DNA of 63,981 nucleotides, filler included, from Octopus bimaculoides (GCF_001194135.2; 9 parts of 8 records of this genome joined end to end with filler, not necessarily neighbours in it); one strand, 5' to 3'. Positions 12,096-26,849 are shown, counted from the first letter of the whole stretch. The notes: a model not told the origin generated them from the sequence alone. Made by a program: numbers and translations.

Positions 12096-12607
12096 TATTG
12101 TAAATATTATATAGATGTGCTGAATATTTTTTTGCACATAATATGCATAATGCTTTGTAGAGTCGTCTGATAAACTGCTTATACAGCTGTCAATGGTTCC
12201 CATAGAATGCCAAATATTATAAACCATTTTAAACGTTGTGAATGACATTCAAATTATGCTCAACTTTAATAGATTTTGTCACATTTTAAAATAATCTTTG
12301 AAGAAACAAAAGTAGTACAGACTTCGCGGTGGCTTGTTAAAATCTGAAAATCTGATATTTCACCGAATATGTATGATTTATATAGGGTAGAGTGTGTGGC
12401 TGAATGAATAGAGCATTTTAAAAAGTTCCCGTCAGGGATGTTTAAGAATGAGTAAAACTGTCACATATTTAAAAAGGAAAGCTTGTCAGATATTTTCCAT
12501 ATTTGTCAGTTAAATATATTTAAAGGAAAAATAAGTTAATATTTGTACCTAATGTAAAATTGTCATTTTTCATAAGACAAAAATCACTGTTTATATTTTA
12601 AAACATA

Positions 12608-12628
12608 TAATAATAATAATAATAATAA

Positions 12629-12659
<31 letters not shown>

Positions 12660-12788
12660 AAGAAGAAGAAGAAGAAGAAGAAGAAGAAGAAGAAGAAGAA
12701 GAAGAAGAAGAAGAAGAAGAAGAAGAAGAAGAAGAAGAAGAAGAAGAAGAAGAAGAAGAAGAAGAAGAAGAAGAAGAAGAAGAAGAAG
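12608..12788 (+). repeat. Compound microsatellite (TAA)n(GAA)~50
   Basis: Directly visible; it explains the poly-Leu and poly-Ser ORFs. Confidence 0.95.
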
Positions 12789-12859
12789 CTTCACTCTTAT
12801 GAAGGAGAATAAAAAAATGTTTAATGAGTTTAAACATAATACCCAGGTTGATCAACATG

Positions 12860-13474
12860 AGTGAAGTGCAGTAACTGTAGTTACAAAGAAGGTGAAATCA
12901 ATAGCAAAGCAAAATGCTCTTGAACAATTTGGCCGATTAGTGGGAACAAAAATCTCTGCATGGCAAATATGTGGTCCGCAGAAAACAAGCTGATGTAGAC
13001 CAGAAACACACCGATCAGTGGCTACAGAGCACAGGGCTAAAGGCAGAGAGTAAAGGCTTTATCTTGGCTGCCCAAGATTAGAGCTTATTGACCCGAAACA
13101 GTCATGCCAATGTGATGAAAAATGTGATGGAAAATGGTGTAGACCCAAAGTATCGATACTGCAACGATGGGATAGAAACAGTCGACCACCTAATCTCTGG
13201 ATAATAGGTTTTAGCACATGCAGAGTACAAATCAAGCCATGACAGAGTTGGTCAATATCTATATTGGATAATGTGTCGGAATTATAAGATCAAACCTGCT
13301 GACAAATGTTACAAGCACCACCCTGAGACTGTAACTGAGGGAGAAGATGTAACTATTCTTTGGGACTTCCCAGTATGTACAGACTAGGCCATCAAGGCAA
13401 ATAAACCAGATATTGTTGTGAAAGACCAACACAATAAAGTCTGTTTATTGATTGACATGAGCATACCATGCGGT
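12860..13474 (+). mobile_element. Degenerate R4/Dong-type (RLE) non-LTR retrotransposon, C-terminal part
   Basis: Peptides with stops: LHGKY, GLKAESKGFILAAQD, CNDGIETVDHLISG (CCHC knuckle), TILWDFPV and ANKPDIVV...LIDMSIP (restriction-like endonuclease). Confidence 0.85.
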
Positions 13475-13489
13475 CATAAGGTTCTTCCC

Positions 13490-13830
13490 GAGATGGTGAA
13501 TATTTACCAAAATACAGCGGCTGATCTTTAAATCGGCCTGTTGTAGGATTTTGTCTGGACAAGGAACGTCTTCTGGAATTAGGGATGCAAATGAATGTGA
13601 TGTGTTTAGTTGTTGACAGATGATGAAGGAAAATGTAGAAAACAAATGTAAGGTGTTACTGAGGTTAATGAAAATTAGTTGTAGGCATAAAATAGTTGAA
13701 CGGAGTTACTCTTTCACATCACCAAGAACCTTAGTGGTATGCAGGAGTATGGAGATGGTATATGTGAGTGATATATAGCAGGATGGTAGGGAGAGTTGAA
13801 GAACAGCGATATCCAGTTATGTGCGACGAG
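13490..13830 (-). mobile_element. Possible Penelope-like RT remnant
   Basis: Weak, frameshifted similarity: FFNSPYHPAI...PLRFL, and TKHITFICIPNSRRRSLS versus the HP..K.SIPYSQ..R motif. Confidence 0.3.
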
Positions 13831-15234
13831 TAAGTAATAAATACACGGCAACGCAAAATTTTATTTCATTTATGAACGTTAATGTTATCGTGCATGAAAT
13901 ATGATTCCTAACACTAATACAAAACCACAAAGTTTGTAATGCAGTTATAGACAATAATATAGATACAGTTACTGACCCACAAGAGAATACGAGATAATGT
14001 CTCTGACTGCGAAATTTGAAAACAGAACGTAAAGTGATGTGACCAAATGTTGTGACCTGTGAGTTATATTGTCAGACAATCTACCGATTCTATCATTGAA
14101 ATGCCCTTTTGTATATGTTACTGCAAATATGGAAATACCATTATTGAACTGCAGATATATATTCGTGATAGCCTATCTCCTTAAATATGTACAGTTGTAT
14201 CTATATGGGCATAGCTATTGCCAAGTTTGTAAAGGTCAGAAGAAACTTCGATATTTCAAAAATCAGAGAATAATTGCGATGATCTTTCTATATAGAAATA
14301 TAGAATCTGAAGTGATATAACGTGGCCTAACTGCTAATTATACCCGGTCGCCAAACTCAATAAATAAAAACTGTACCTACATGACAACCTATATATACAT
14401 ACATGCATACATACATATATATATACATATATATATATATACATGTATATATANNNNNNNNNNNNNNNNNNNNNNNNNNNNNNNNNNNNNNNNNNNNNNN
14501 NNNNNNNNNNNNNNNNNNNNNNNNNNNNNNNNNNNNNNNNNNNNNNNNNNNNNNNNNNNNNNNNCATATATATTCAAAGGTAAAAACACACACATACATA
14601 TTTATAAAATATTTATATATATATATATACGTGTGTATATGCATGTAAGTATGTGTGTGCATCTATGTATGTATGAATGTGCATCTGTAAGTGTATGTTT
14701 GGTTTCACAAATGAGACACAGAGCGAACTCAATAGGTCATGTCTCTAAGTAACCCCGCCAGTGTTCTCATCGGTTATACAAATATACATGTGTGTGTGTG
14801 TGTGTGTCTATCTGTCTGTGTGTGCGTGATATGTATGCATGTGTGTGTGTGGGTGTATGCAAATTTATCTATGTGTATGCCTGGTATGTTTTATCTGTTA
14901 CTTGTTTCAATCATTTGACTGCGGCCATGCTAGGGCACCGCCTGGAGGGGTATTAGCCGAACAAATCAACCCTATGCATACAAACGTGCATACGTACGTA
15001 CATACATACATACATACATGCATGCATACATACATACATACATACATGCATACATACATAAATGGCCTCTACCCAACCTCTATGAATACCACGGAATGCA
15101 CTACGATATTAAGTAACATGCAATTTGTGGAAACGTGCGTAATGATACATTAAAATATTCATAGATTCCATTCAAGGATTATTATTATTATCATTATATT
15201 ATTATTATTATTTATTATTATTATTATTATTATG

Positions 15235-15294
<60 letters not shown>

Positions 15295-15295
15295 G

Positions 15296-17160
15296 AGTGA
15301 GAGAGCAGTGGATGTCATCAAAGTGACACTGGGGTAAAATATACAAAGCCCAGTATAGCCATCACGACTACCCGTCTGATAAGGGTACACCAGACACATG
15401 TATCACAACCACATGTGAGCGACATGGCGATCTCATACCAAGATTAACGGCCGATGTCATTGTTATGGGTATTAGTGCATTTACAAAAGGTAACAGAGAA
15501 AACGGGTCACCTTGGAAGATTTCCCTTTTAATATTAACTTCTCCAAGGAATACATTACTTGAGTACAATTCAGTTTTCCACTCTTTCATGCTATGCATCA
15601 GAAAATTTGTGATGTTGTCAACAACACCAAACATCTGCAGGAATTAAACGATCCAAAAATGAGGCACCATATCTTATGCCTTCTTAAAGTCAATCCAAGC
15701 CATGGACATGTTTGTATGATGCTTTTTACAATGCCTCAAAACTGTTTTATCGATGACCAAGTCATCCTTGGTACCCTGAGAACTCTTCCTACATTTTTGT
15801 CTCCTTCGTAGTTTTCTTTCTGTGCCAGGAAAGTGTATGTCTTTGTCGCACATGTTCNNNNNNNNNNNNNNNNNNNNNNNNNNNNNNNNNNNNNNNNNNN
15901 NNNNNNNNNNNNNNNNNNNNNNNNNNNNNNNNNNNNNNNNNNNNNNNNNNNNNNNNNNNNNNNNNNNNNNNNNNNNNNNNNNNNNNNNNNNNNNNNNNNN
16001 NNNNNNNNNNNNNNNNNNNNNNNNNNNNNNNNNNNNNNNNNNNNNNNNNNNNNNNNNNNNNNNNNNNNNNNNNNNNNNNNNNNNNNNNNNNNNNNNNNNN
16101 NNNNNNNNNNNNNNNNNNNNNNNNNNNNNNNNNNNNNNNNNNNNNNNNNNNNNAACGTTTGGAAGAATTGCTTCGGCTTATCTTTGAACAATCTGTACTC
16201 CTCGAACTACTTTATTATCTTTACTCTTTTAGTCTTTTACTTGTTTCAGTCATTTGACTGTAGCCATGCTGAATCAACGCCTTTTAGTCGAGCAAATCGA
16301 CCCCAGGACTTTTTCTTTGGAAGCCTAGTACTTATTTTTTTGCCGAACCGCTAAGTTACGTAAGCGTAAACACACCACCATCGGTTATAAAGCGATGCTA
16401 GGGGGACAAAAACAGACACACAAACATATACACACATCATATATTTCTTCTCTAATTTTTCTCGGTCGGTCTTTTTCCCATTTTACCAGTTACCTCTTAA
16501 CCATTGCTCAATTTTTCCTACTTCTTGGTTTGCTCGCATTATGTGTCTTTCTTTTGCTCCGCCATTTTTCGTTCCCTTAAGTTGTAATTTCTCCTCAACA
16601 AGTAGCGCAATAGCTAGGAGAAATTTTCCTTGTTTGTGTTATGTCCTCCGTCTGGATGTATATTATGACAGTATTTCTCTAATGTATTACATTATTTATC
16701 ATACTCCTATATATCCTTCTAATATTCATGAGGCTTCTTGAACATTCAAGTCGGTGAGTCGTCTCTGAATTTCAAGCAATTCATTATTCACTTGGTTCAT
16801 TTCCCCTGCATGTCCACCCACCACAGTATCAGGGCTCACTGCATAACGTTCCGGTTCCTCATCCTTAACATCCCCTCACCATTTCTGTGTCACTCCTGTC
16901 TACTCTTCTCTCCGCTTTCAACTCCGACCATCCTTTGTAGCCCATCCGCAGGGTCTCTCAGACTCTCACTATTCAGAGGTATTTCTACTCCAGTTAAGTA
17001 ACCCTTACACGTAATCACTCTCATTTGGTTCATTAGTTTATGTTCTGATATGGGACACAGGTCCTTTTCCATTCAAAATTTCAATGTCCGTCGGCATACT
17101 CCGCGACTTCTTTCCAGATTTGCCTTTCACGACATTAAATAAGTGTATCGTACTCTTCCT
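15296..17160 (-). mobile_element. Fragmented R4/Dong-type LINE: pre-RT region, RT domains, and a 3' end with (AAT)n tail; interrupted by a gap and a SINE
   Basis: RT motifs [34 protein letters not shown] and IKREIFQGDPFSLLPFV (15450-15850); EEYRLFKDKPKQFFQT at 16155-16200; long (AAT)n at 15180-15295. Confidence 0.75.
16215..16430 (-). mobile_element. SINE family A body and tail inserted in the LINE
   Basis: Matches 45058-45260. Confidence 0.8.
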
Positions 17161-17174
17161 TATCTGTTGTTGAA

Positions 17175-17204
<30 letters not shown>

Positions 17205-17210
<6 letters not shown>

Positions 17211-17458
17211 GTTCAGTAGTTTTATTTTTATAACGTGCTTTCACTTCACTACCGAGCGCAGCTCTGTGCGCCTTGGGTATGTGCTGTGGTTTGCTGTGGT
17301 GCTCTTATGTTTACTGTATTGATAGTGTTTTGCGTAGGATGTGTGCAGTGTCCAGTAGTGCAATTTTCTGTATGTTATATATATTTGTAAGTCCTGGTGT
17401 TTTGGTTATGTATTTGTCTGAATATTTTTTCTTTATTATACCTAAGGCACCTACTATG
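17205..17458 (-). mobile_element. 3' end of an R4/Dong-type LINE with (AAT)n tail
   Basis: IVGALGIIK...NIQKIALLDTAHILRKTLSIQ* followed by a 3' UTR; near-identical to 37465-37640. Confidence 0.85.
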
Positions 17459-17559
17459 NNNNNNNNNNNNNNNNNNNNNNNNNNNNNNNNNNNNNNNNNN
17501 NNTTAATTAATTAANNNNNNNNNNNNNNNNNNNNNNNNNNNNNNNNNNNNNNNNNNNNT

Positions 17560-17930
17560 ATATATCAAGCTCAGTAAAGAGTAAGCAGCGCTTTGAAACA
17601 TGAAATTCATCACAAAACATTTCAACAATGCGGAAATGTTATTCATCAAAGTCAGTACCATTACAATCAGCACATTTTTCCCCAGCGGGTTACAAACTTC
17701 TATATTCCGCTAACATAAAAGTCTGGTTTTCTGTAGCCGATGAACTCTCTGAATCGGTTTGATTTTTGAACTCCTTCTCTCGCAAGAAACCAACAAGGTG
17801 ATTGAGAAAGTGGTAGTCGGTAGGAGAAAGGTCTGGGGAATAAGCTGGGTGGAGAACTTCGTAGTCAAGCGTAGATGAGCTAGAACCTTAAAACCCAGTT
17901 CTCAAGCACAACAGAATTATTGGTCAATCT
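17560..17930 (-). mobile_element. Mariner (DD34D-type) transposase C-terminal remnant with probable TIR
   Basis: LHPAYSPDLSPTDYHFLNHLVGFLREKEF contains the YSPDL motif, then frameshifted DFYVSGI*KFVTRWGK. Confidence 0.85.
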
Positions 17931-18229
17931 GTGTCAAGCGACTTTACTATACATGCTTTAGCTTCGTTACTATGGCAACAGTCCCGATATATGAATTGTC
18001 GTTTACTTGGTAAAGTTATTGAACTGCGGCCATTTTGGGACACGCTCTTGAAGGGTTTAGTCGAATAAATTGACCCCACTACATGCCTTTTTAAGCCTCG
18101 TACCTATAGTATCGGTAGCGAACCAACAGCTGTCAAGCAGTAGGTGTGGCCAAACACATACACTAAGACACGCACACACACGCACACATAGATATATATC
18201 TACAGAAATATGTTTACGTATGTATGTAT

Positions 18230-18358
<129 letters not shown>

Positions 18359-18559
18359 CATACATACATACATACATACATACACATATACATATATATA
18401 TTCATGCAAATAAATATATGCATATATGTATACACCACTATGTAATATATGTGCTGATTTATATAGGCACGGATTTGGTGATATACCAACAGATAATCGT
18501 CATTGCTCAAGTACCGCAGTCGTTCAGGAATGCCAGTAAGTATATATGCGCCAGTAAGT

Positions 18560-18870
18560 GTATATTCATCAATTTGGACATCTCTGATGGGCACGCTGAC
18601 AACCACTGTCGCTGAAGTTTTTTTTAGTTTCCTTAAGAATGCATCAACTGGATATCACGTTTACCCTGTTGTCTTTCTGGAAATGACTTACCCCCTCCTC
18701 ATCACCCAGAACTTGTAGCCGATGTATTCATACACCGCACGGTTGATTTTCTACTGTGTCACCTTCAACATCTGTGCAATGGCACTCATCAGTTCACTAA
18801 GTTTAATGTGGATGTTTTGAACTTGGTAGTCAAACTTAACATTTATGACAGAGCTTAACACCTGAAAATA
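18560..18870 (-). mobile_element. Tc1/mariner (maT/DD37D-like) transposase remnant, HTH region
   Basis: MSAIAQMLKVTQ*KINRAVYEYIGYKFWVMRRG resembles the recalled MRAIAK.L.VSE.TIR.VVHEDI.YKSYVMRRG motif. Confidence 0.65.
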
Positions 18871-18947
18871 GTATTTTCCTTAACAACAAATGCTAGGATA
18901 CTTCCAGAAGCATGTAAGTTCACCTCGACCCTGAAGTCAAAGGAACG

Positions 18948-19145
18948 TTACGGGTGGGTACTGAAAAGTTCCTGGCTTTAAGCGTATCACAAAATGCCTG
19001 GTTGGAGGCCCAACCTTCCGAATTCTTTACAGGGTTTAGAAAAGCAGAAAGACCTCTAGAATAAGTGTGTAAACCTGAGAGGAGAATGTGATGAAGAAAA
19101 TCATAATTAGCTGTTCCTCCGGTATTTTGTTTTACTCAAAATCAT
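18948..19145 (+). mobile_element. Mariner-derived MITE (same family as 3758)
   Basis: GGTACTGAAAAGTTCCTGGCTTT start and GGAGGCCCAACCTTCCGAATTC interior. Confidence 0.75.
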
Positions 19146-20309
19146 GAAATGTTTAACAGTCCCACGTATGTTGTACAACAGTTATGGATAAACTGTAACA
19201 ATCAGGACATTTTGAATGGCACGTCTTATACAAAATTATGTTGATTTTTTTGTAGTGTTGCTGGAAAGATGACGGACTATGTCTCATGCAATCCACTTCT
19301 CGATACATGTCCCCTATATCTGTTTTAGAAACAAACGGCCTCAAAGACACAATGAATAGCAGTCTTTGCTACCATCACGCTCAGTACGTGTGGCATATGG
19401 AACCTATAGCGTTGATGGAGCTGATATTGTTGAAGTAGTACAGAGAAAACATGAGAAATTTTGAATTTGAGGCCAGTTCCGTAGCATTAAGTTATGCAAT
19501 CTATTTTTGCTTCACTTGATGTTCATAAATATGCAGATATTTCTCTGCATATTTAATACTTGCATATATACATACATACTGGCAAGAAATCTTGAAATAA
19601 AACTGAACAATGACATACACACACACATACATACATTGATAAATAGATATGGCTACGTTCGTTTGATGAGACTGCGAATCGTGAATTTACATGGAGCAGA
19701 ACCAAACAGTCGTTAAATTACATAGGTAACTCCTACCAAGTGTTCAGTATTACTTTCGTTCCTGTCTTTCCTCGATGTGTGTGTGTGCGTGTGTGTGTAT
19801 AAGAACAGGGAGAAATGCATTGTGAGCACATACACATACATATGGATGGATTTATTTACGTGTGTTCGTCGGTGATAACTTGATTACATTTATCAAAATG
19901 TATACAGCACACGATACAGTATTATAGAATGTATTATATTTATATCAAGTAATTCAGACTACAGATAACACATTGTGTTAACTTCGTTACTTGCCTCGAG
20001 GATATTCATCAAACACAATGTTTACCTAATAAAATTATTAATATGTTGCGGTGTGGATTAGAGGGTTTTCCATATTTTTGTTCGCAATGTGTATTTCTTT
20101 GACAATATGAATGAATTATTCCTGTTGTATTTTATTAAAACTACACAAAGAACTGCGATGAAAACAAATTACCAAAAATAAAGAGTTATCATTTAGTAAC
20201 TTGAAAATAAGAGAAGAATGGTAAAAGGAAATGAAGAAAGCAAATTTATAAGAAGTTTTCAAGGCAAGTGATGTGTAAAGAAAGTTTAATATTTGTTTGC
20301 GAATACGGT

Positions 20310-20341
<32 letters not shown>

Positions 20342-20351
20342 NNNNNNNNNN

Positions 20352-20407
<56 letters not shown>

Positions 20408-22604
20408 GTGCGTACGTATGTGCGGCGAAGAAGAGAAATGCATGACTAGTTCGCTAGCTAGCTAGCTAGATAGATAGATAGATAGATAGATAGATCGCAG
20501 TTATATAAGTATTCAAGGGAAATAATTTCTGTATAGTTCAAATAATACATTCTTTATTTTCGTAGAGTATTGATCTGTATATCAAGTGATTCGAGGTATG
20601 CTCTCCATTTCTAGTTGTAGTTTGTTATGGTTGGAACATAACTCTTATTGAATAGTTTAAAGCGGGTGTACGTTTTAGTCTCTTTAGCTTTACTTCATCG
20701 ACGCTTTTGTAAATTTAATATGCGACACACAGTGTAAGTTTGGTTTAGATGACTTCTACATAAATGATGGTTCGGAATTCCAAGAGTCATTTCCTTGGCA
20801 AGCATCCATGCTTCTGCATGGACATATGGTCTTGGATTTCTAGACAACTACGGGATATCATATTGTTTATATTAATTGTACAGCTATAAATTGATTTAAG
20901 ACTGTACTTTTTCGTTTCAATAATTGTAATTGGTGATTTAATACTCAGAGAAACGGCTATGTAAGTTATATGATAGTTTGCAATCTTAAACTTGGTTTCG
21001 AGGGATAGAAGTTAGAAAGTAGTTTGTCATTGATTTCGCTGCTTCGAAGTCATTAATATTGTAAGGGATTGATTTATGAAGGATTGCTTGATTCAGGACA
21101 CATTCCATATACTTATGTTTTATATGCATACATACATACACACACAGATACACACACGCACACACACACACACACNNNNNNNNNNNNNNNNNNNNNNNNN
21201 NNNNNNNNNNNNNNNNNNNNNNNNNNNNNNNNNNNNNNNNNNNNNNNNNNNNNNNNNNNNNNNNNNNNNNNNNNNNNNNNNNNNNNNNNNNNNNNNNNNN
21301 NNNNNNNNNNNNNNNNNNNNNNNNATATATATATATATATATACAATATACGTATATATGTATACATGTACATATGTGTGTGTGTTTATGTTAAACATGT
21401 GTATGTATAGAGATACATGAACATGACATTTGCGTACATACACCACTCTCTATATCTATGTGTGTCTTTATTTTCTCTCTCTCTTTATTTTCATCTTTGT
21501 CTGTCCCTCTCACTATCACTGTCTTTCTCTCACTTTCCGCCTTTCTTTCGAAACGGTTCTCTCTAACTACAGTTTTCCCTATATCTCATAAATTCTGATT
21601 ACCTCAGCTCTCGGCTCTCTTCTTCAAAATATCTTGTTTTACTTGTGTTTCCAAAAATATATTTAATCTAACTATTGAAACTAATGAGATTCTCTCTATT
21701 AGATCTATAATCTCTATTGGCAGTTCGTTACCTTCAGAAATATCTCAAGTGGTCCTCATTAAAAAATGTGACTGAATCTGCATTTGTATTAATTCAATAC
21801 GGACCGAAGCAATAGCTGTTAAAGTGTGGTTCACAACGTGAGTATGCCGTCGGGTTTATATCACTAAACAAATAATAATCCATTTAAGAAAATGCTGAGA
21901 AGCAGTAGTTAGAATAAAGATATTGAAAAAGATAAAAGGTTAGTCTATTAGTTGAAATTATACAAATTTTCACCAAAAGTGGAACAACAATTTTCTGTTA
22001 TTCATGTTTTCAAATATATAGTCTAATATCCGATGATATCTAATCATATATGTTTCTATTAATGCTTAGTTACAATTTCTTTAGTTTGCTTGCAACAATG
22101 TAAAATCTGACAATGTTGGCGCAGTTCCACGCAGTTTCCGTCTATCAGTTATTTATATTGTGCGTCTGTTTTTATTGTGTGTATTATTGCATTTTATGAT
22201 ATGTTTATAATTGCATTTTATATCTAGAGTTGATATAACAGTACAAAGTCGGTCTATCCAGCTAAATATGGTCTCCAATGTAACGGAGAAGCAGAACAAA
22301 TTGCGATTACATTTCCTGCTATGTTCCAATTGGTTTTTTCTCCTAAGTTTTTGAAAATCAAGTAGAAATCAAGTATTTTATTAATGATAATAAGGGTTTC
22401 ATTAAATTGTCGCTTTTAAATAAGGGAGTCAACATACTTGAATGATCTTTATTGTTTTCAATATTTATGGCCATTGTTAGGCATTCATATTTATTCTTGC
22501 CAGTCTTCATAATAGTACCGTCAAGTACTTCTTCGACCTTATGGTGAATTTGTGCACGATAATTTTAGTTTTTCAGACTACAATAACAACAATTGTTATT
22601 ATTA

Positions 22605-22703
<99 letters not shown>

Positions 22704-22859
22704 GGTTGTGGTGGTGAGAATGGAACCCAAGAAGGTGGACTATAATGATATATTTTGCCCATAATACTGCTGAATACATATTTTAAAATTTTGGCCGACG
22801 TCCTAGCGGAAGTTTTGTTTGATGGCCCCCTCTGATCCAGATCAATTCACAGTAACGTC

Positions 22860-24250
22860 TACCTCTGTGATACATCAAAACGTGAAGGGTAAAACTCCTT
22901 CGGCTGAATGAATTGAACGCATTCTGTAGAATCAACTATTGTTAATATGTGGCTGCTTCCGAAGCAGCTTATTTGGGATATTTCTTCAAAGAGTAGATCG
23001 CTGCAATGACCTGCAGCGTCCGCTCGGTGGTCAGAGTACATCGCCATCAATCGTAATCATTTAGTGTCAAACAGTTGGTCTGTCAGGCAATCCTTCATCG
23101 CTGGAGGCACAAATGCAAATGTTCGCTTTCGAGAAGCATTCCGATCACTGTTATACACTAGTTTAATGTCGTCGTACGCAAACACTACCGGCATCGAAAC
23201 GGTGAGAGAAGCAAAACTTAATACATGCTGGTGAGTGTTTCACTCAGCATTACTGAGGCAGGTCATGCTGTCAAACAACAGTGTTGGTTGCTGGTCTCAC
23301 GGATCATTTCAATTACTTGCAGTCAATTTTTATTATATAACCATATTTAAAGAGAAGCGATGTTGCCAGCTTAACTGAAAACTGAGCTGGAAGATAAATG
23401 CATGTATCGCAATATATTAAAGCCTGGTCGTTCTGGCTCTCATCTAACCAGATGGAAATGCCTGATTTATTTTATATTGGTGTGGACAGGACACGTTCTA
23501 ATAGTCAGATGTTCTATCTACTGTTAACAATCTGAAAGGAGGGCTGAAACTGCGGTGGCTTAAAATGAGTTGACATACACTGAGGTGGCATCATCCACAT
23601 ATATTTTCGACGGTAGTCATGTTTTCACCCTTTTCGTGCAGACCGTTTTCTAACTCGTTGCTTTGGCGGTGCTACAGCTCTGAGCAAGAAAATGTATATT
23701 TGGTCGCGTGGCATCTAGAATATTGCCAAGTAGTTACTCTACCAACAGCTTTGCTCATATTTTATACAGAATTAGTGGTGAGTAAAGGCGACGTCGTTAT
23801 AGGAGACACTTTTTCATACAATGAGAATATACTGGTTCGTCAGTTCCCGAAAAATCCATTCAGGAAATCGTAGATAATTTCTAGAGATCCTTTCCTTAGT
23901 ATTATTTCCGAGGGGTGCGAGCATTGACGGTTTGGGATAAAATGTACAGCATGGAAGTACCGTCTATGAGGGCAACGAAACTGGTTTGCAAAAACTTTTT
24001 TCAGTACATGTACATTGCTAAATTTTCAATCTTTGTTAATACGTTTCTATCAGGACGAGATAATCAGAATTGGTTCATTACCACGTTCGTTTAGCTGGAA
24101 AGGACAGTTTACATTCACTGATAGCTTCGGCGAAATATGTTATGTGAGGGACATGAGTGAAGATACGTTTTCGTCTTCGGCTAAGCTTCCACCGGAGTTT
24201 TGAAAAGAATTTGACGTGGAAAAGAATTTGACAGTAGAAACTTATGTTGC
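22860..24250 (-). mobile_element. Highly decayed hAT-like transposase fossil
   Basis: Fragments EIILRKGSLEI.YDF and WQYSRCHATKYTFSCSEL (TTF-type zinc-finger-like), TIDG, and GHCS...CVQFIQ; many stops. Confidence 0.35.
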
Positions 24251-25181
24251 AAGCACATATGGACAGGTCAATTAATTATCGATTCACTGAATCTATGAAA
24301 GCTATCATTTTCAAACGTTAGGCACTAGGGGAAATTCTGTAGCCCATTCCTTCAGTTAAAATGTTTGGAATTGAACCCATGTTAGGAATTTTGATAAGTA
24401 AATTTGGCAGCATCATACCGAATGACGGAAGCCAACTTTAAAACTTAATTCAGATTATATCAGAAGACATTGGAAAAATTGTTTCTGCTTCATTTAAAAT
24501 GCAGACGTAGCCAAAGACATTTTCAATAATTCAAAATTAATTAAAAATATAAATAATTTGTTTCTTTTTCTCTTCACTACAGGTGTATTTCAAGTAAATA
24601 CATTTTTCATTAACAACATTAAGAATTTCGGCATTGGCTTCATGAGTCAATTTTCATGGTGAGGGCATTTTTGACTTTTGCTCCCGTAATTAACTTTAAC
24701 TCTACTATACACAATGTGTGTCCTAACCTTGGTTATCTGGAAGAAACGTTTCATAAGAATTGAAAACAATTAGTTCAAATATATGTTGCATTTATTCTGT
24801 TAATATATATTTAATACAAGCTGAATATTTCATACATTTAATACAGGCTGAATATTTATTGGCTATACACGAAATTTAAATTGGTAGACTCAGTTATTGC
24901 AGTGAAGATCAGGTTGATTTACTACCGGATGATTGGTATGATTGGCAAGTTCTAGAAGGGCCGTTTTTGGCCCACGTGATCTAGTGGTCTCAGAGCTAGA
25001 ATAGTAGAGAATTCTCTCCCCGCTTGCAATATATATACAATGCAAAGCGCACTGAGTAACCAGTTGGAGTAGTCGCCCTTGCTAGATTAAAATGGCACTA
25101 TCATGGGTGACGATAAATAATACTTCTCAGTATAAATACTGCTTTCGTCTCTTATATGGATATTCTTAACTAGCTGGTTTG

Positions 25182-25228
<47 letters not shown>

Positions 25229-26813
25229 TCTTAATTCGATAACAATAGAAGTAGTACTGAAAGTGTATATCGCTTATATATTTGTAAGCTCCTCATATAT
25301 GGTCATGATTCACTTCATTTTACCCGGTTGTTATATAAATAATATTGCGGATTGGGCAGCAGATTTCTAACAGACCATTTGCAATCCTACACAAGATCAA
25401 CTTGTCCTTTTGAAACTTGATTAATGTTTTTACTGGTATGTGTCAGCATTCACCTTTCGAAAAAATTGTCTTGATACAGTCATTTATTTTTAATGTTCCA
25501 GTATATTCCTCATTGGTCTGGCATATCAAAGCTTGCCACGTTGGGAGGTAGTAATAGCAGGGTACCGTATCACAAGTGTGGAAGAATGTTGACAAAAACA
25601 TTGTGTTACAGTTGGGAAGAATGTTGACAATATCATAGGGTTCGTTTCTTTCATCGCGTAACTTTATTGTCAGGTGAAAATAACTGCTTTATGTGTGTTA
25701 ACAACGCAAAGCGGATTCGACCTCCTGCAACGCATAACAGTAATCTTTACAGTGTCATATTATGAAAATCCAGGTTCTCCATATTTGCATTTTGGTCCGG
25801 GTTATTCATATATACATGACTGTACATACGTACGAATGCATATATGTATGCGCACATTATCCTTTTCACTGACGTTTGAAGTTTTACTATGATATATCAC
25901 ATTCTCAGTCAAAATTTTACAACGAAAAAATATGAAAAACGATGGATATTTCTTTCATTTTCGTCATTCTTTGTTTCAACATCCATACTCTAAAATTTGA
26001 AATTGTTACTAGTATTTATGACCTGTGATAACGTGTTTATCTGTAGTTTAATAATTATGTAGCGAAGTCCTTTCAATTATTAGATTTCACATACAGTCTA
26101 CAACATATAATTCATATTCTATAATAACTGAGCATTTCTTTTATTGTAATGTCACATCAGGTCTGGTTCCTTTTTATTTGGTTGCTGTTAAAATATTTAA
26201 GCATCAACATTTGTCTTTTGATCCGACTAGCTCAATATATTGTATATTTTATTACCTTATCCCAGTTTTCATTAGCTGCAATGCTGTGTCATAAAAGTTT
26301 TATAAGATCGTCGGTATTCTATAGTAGTTCATACGCTATCCTGGTACGTTATTTCTTCATCTCCCGAGTTTACAATTCATTGAGAAGATTTGCTAAGCTC
26401 CTTCTTTGTACTTGAGATGCTACTGCAGTAAATATAAAGTTTTGGATCACTTATGATGTTAAGCATTATGAACTCATGTAGGTATATCGGTGTGTATTTG
26501 TGTATGTGTGACAAAAGCAGTATCACTTTAAAACAGCAATCAGGGTATCATAGTTAAAGCAGATACATCGTCGAAAGTCTCATTAACAGTGTTATTTGCC
26601 TCGCATTAGTATCTTGTATAAAAGCATAATTCTCAGAAACACAGAAATGTACCCCCAAAAGAAGATCGTCCAGCAATGAATTTCAGGTTTATGATATTCG
26701 CCTCGTTTCCCTTTTTATGAGTACGGCTAGTTTTAGTTTTATCTTCGTTGCTACAACTTTACGCCATAGAATTCATTCTTTTGCTAGTCATGATTCCTTC
26801 TATAAGAAAGAAT

Positions 26814-26849
<36 letters not shown>

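Noticed and set aside
18690-18863. Apparent minus-strand exon with strong acceptor (ttttcag) and donor (gtaagt)
   Set aside because: All frames contain stops, and the best frame is a Tc1/mariner transposase remnant.
20750-20845. FPWQASMLLHGH, resembling a trypsin-family N-terminus
   Set aside because: The frame stops before any CGG/TAAHC motif, there is no usable donor, and the phase is incompatible with the nearby micro-exon.
24583-24658. + strand exon candidate (VFQVNTFFINNIKNFGIGFMSQFS) with good splice sites
   Set aside because: No recognisable homology or compatible neighbouring exon; similar splice pairs at 21735-21837 and 25374-25435 have stops in all frames, showing such signals arise by chance here.
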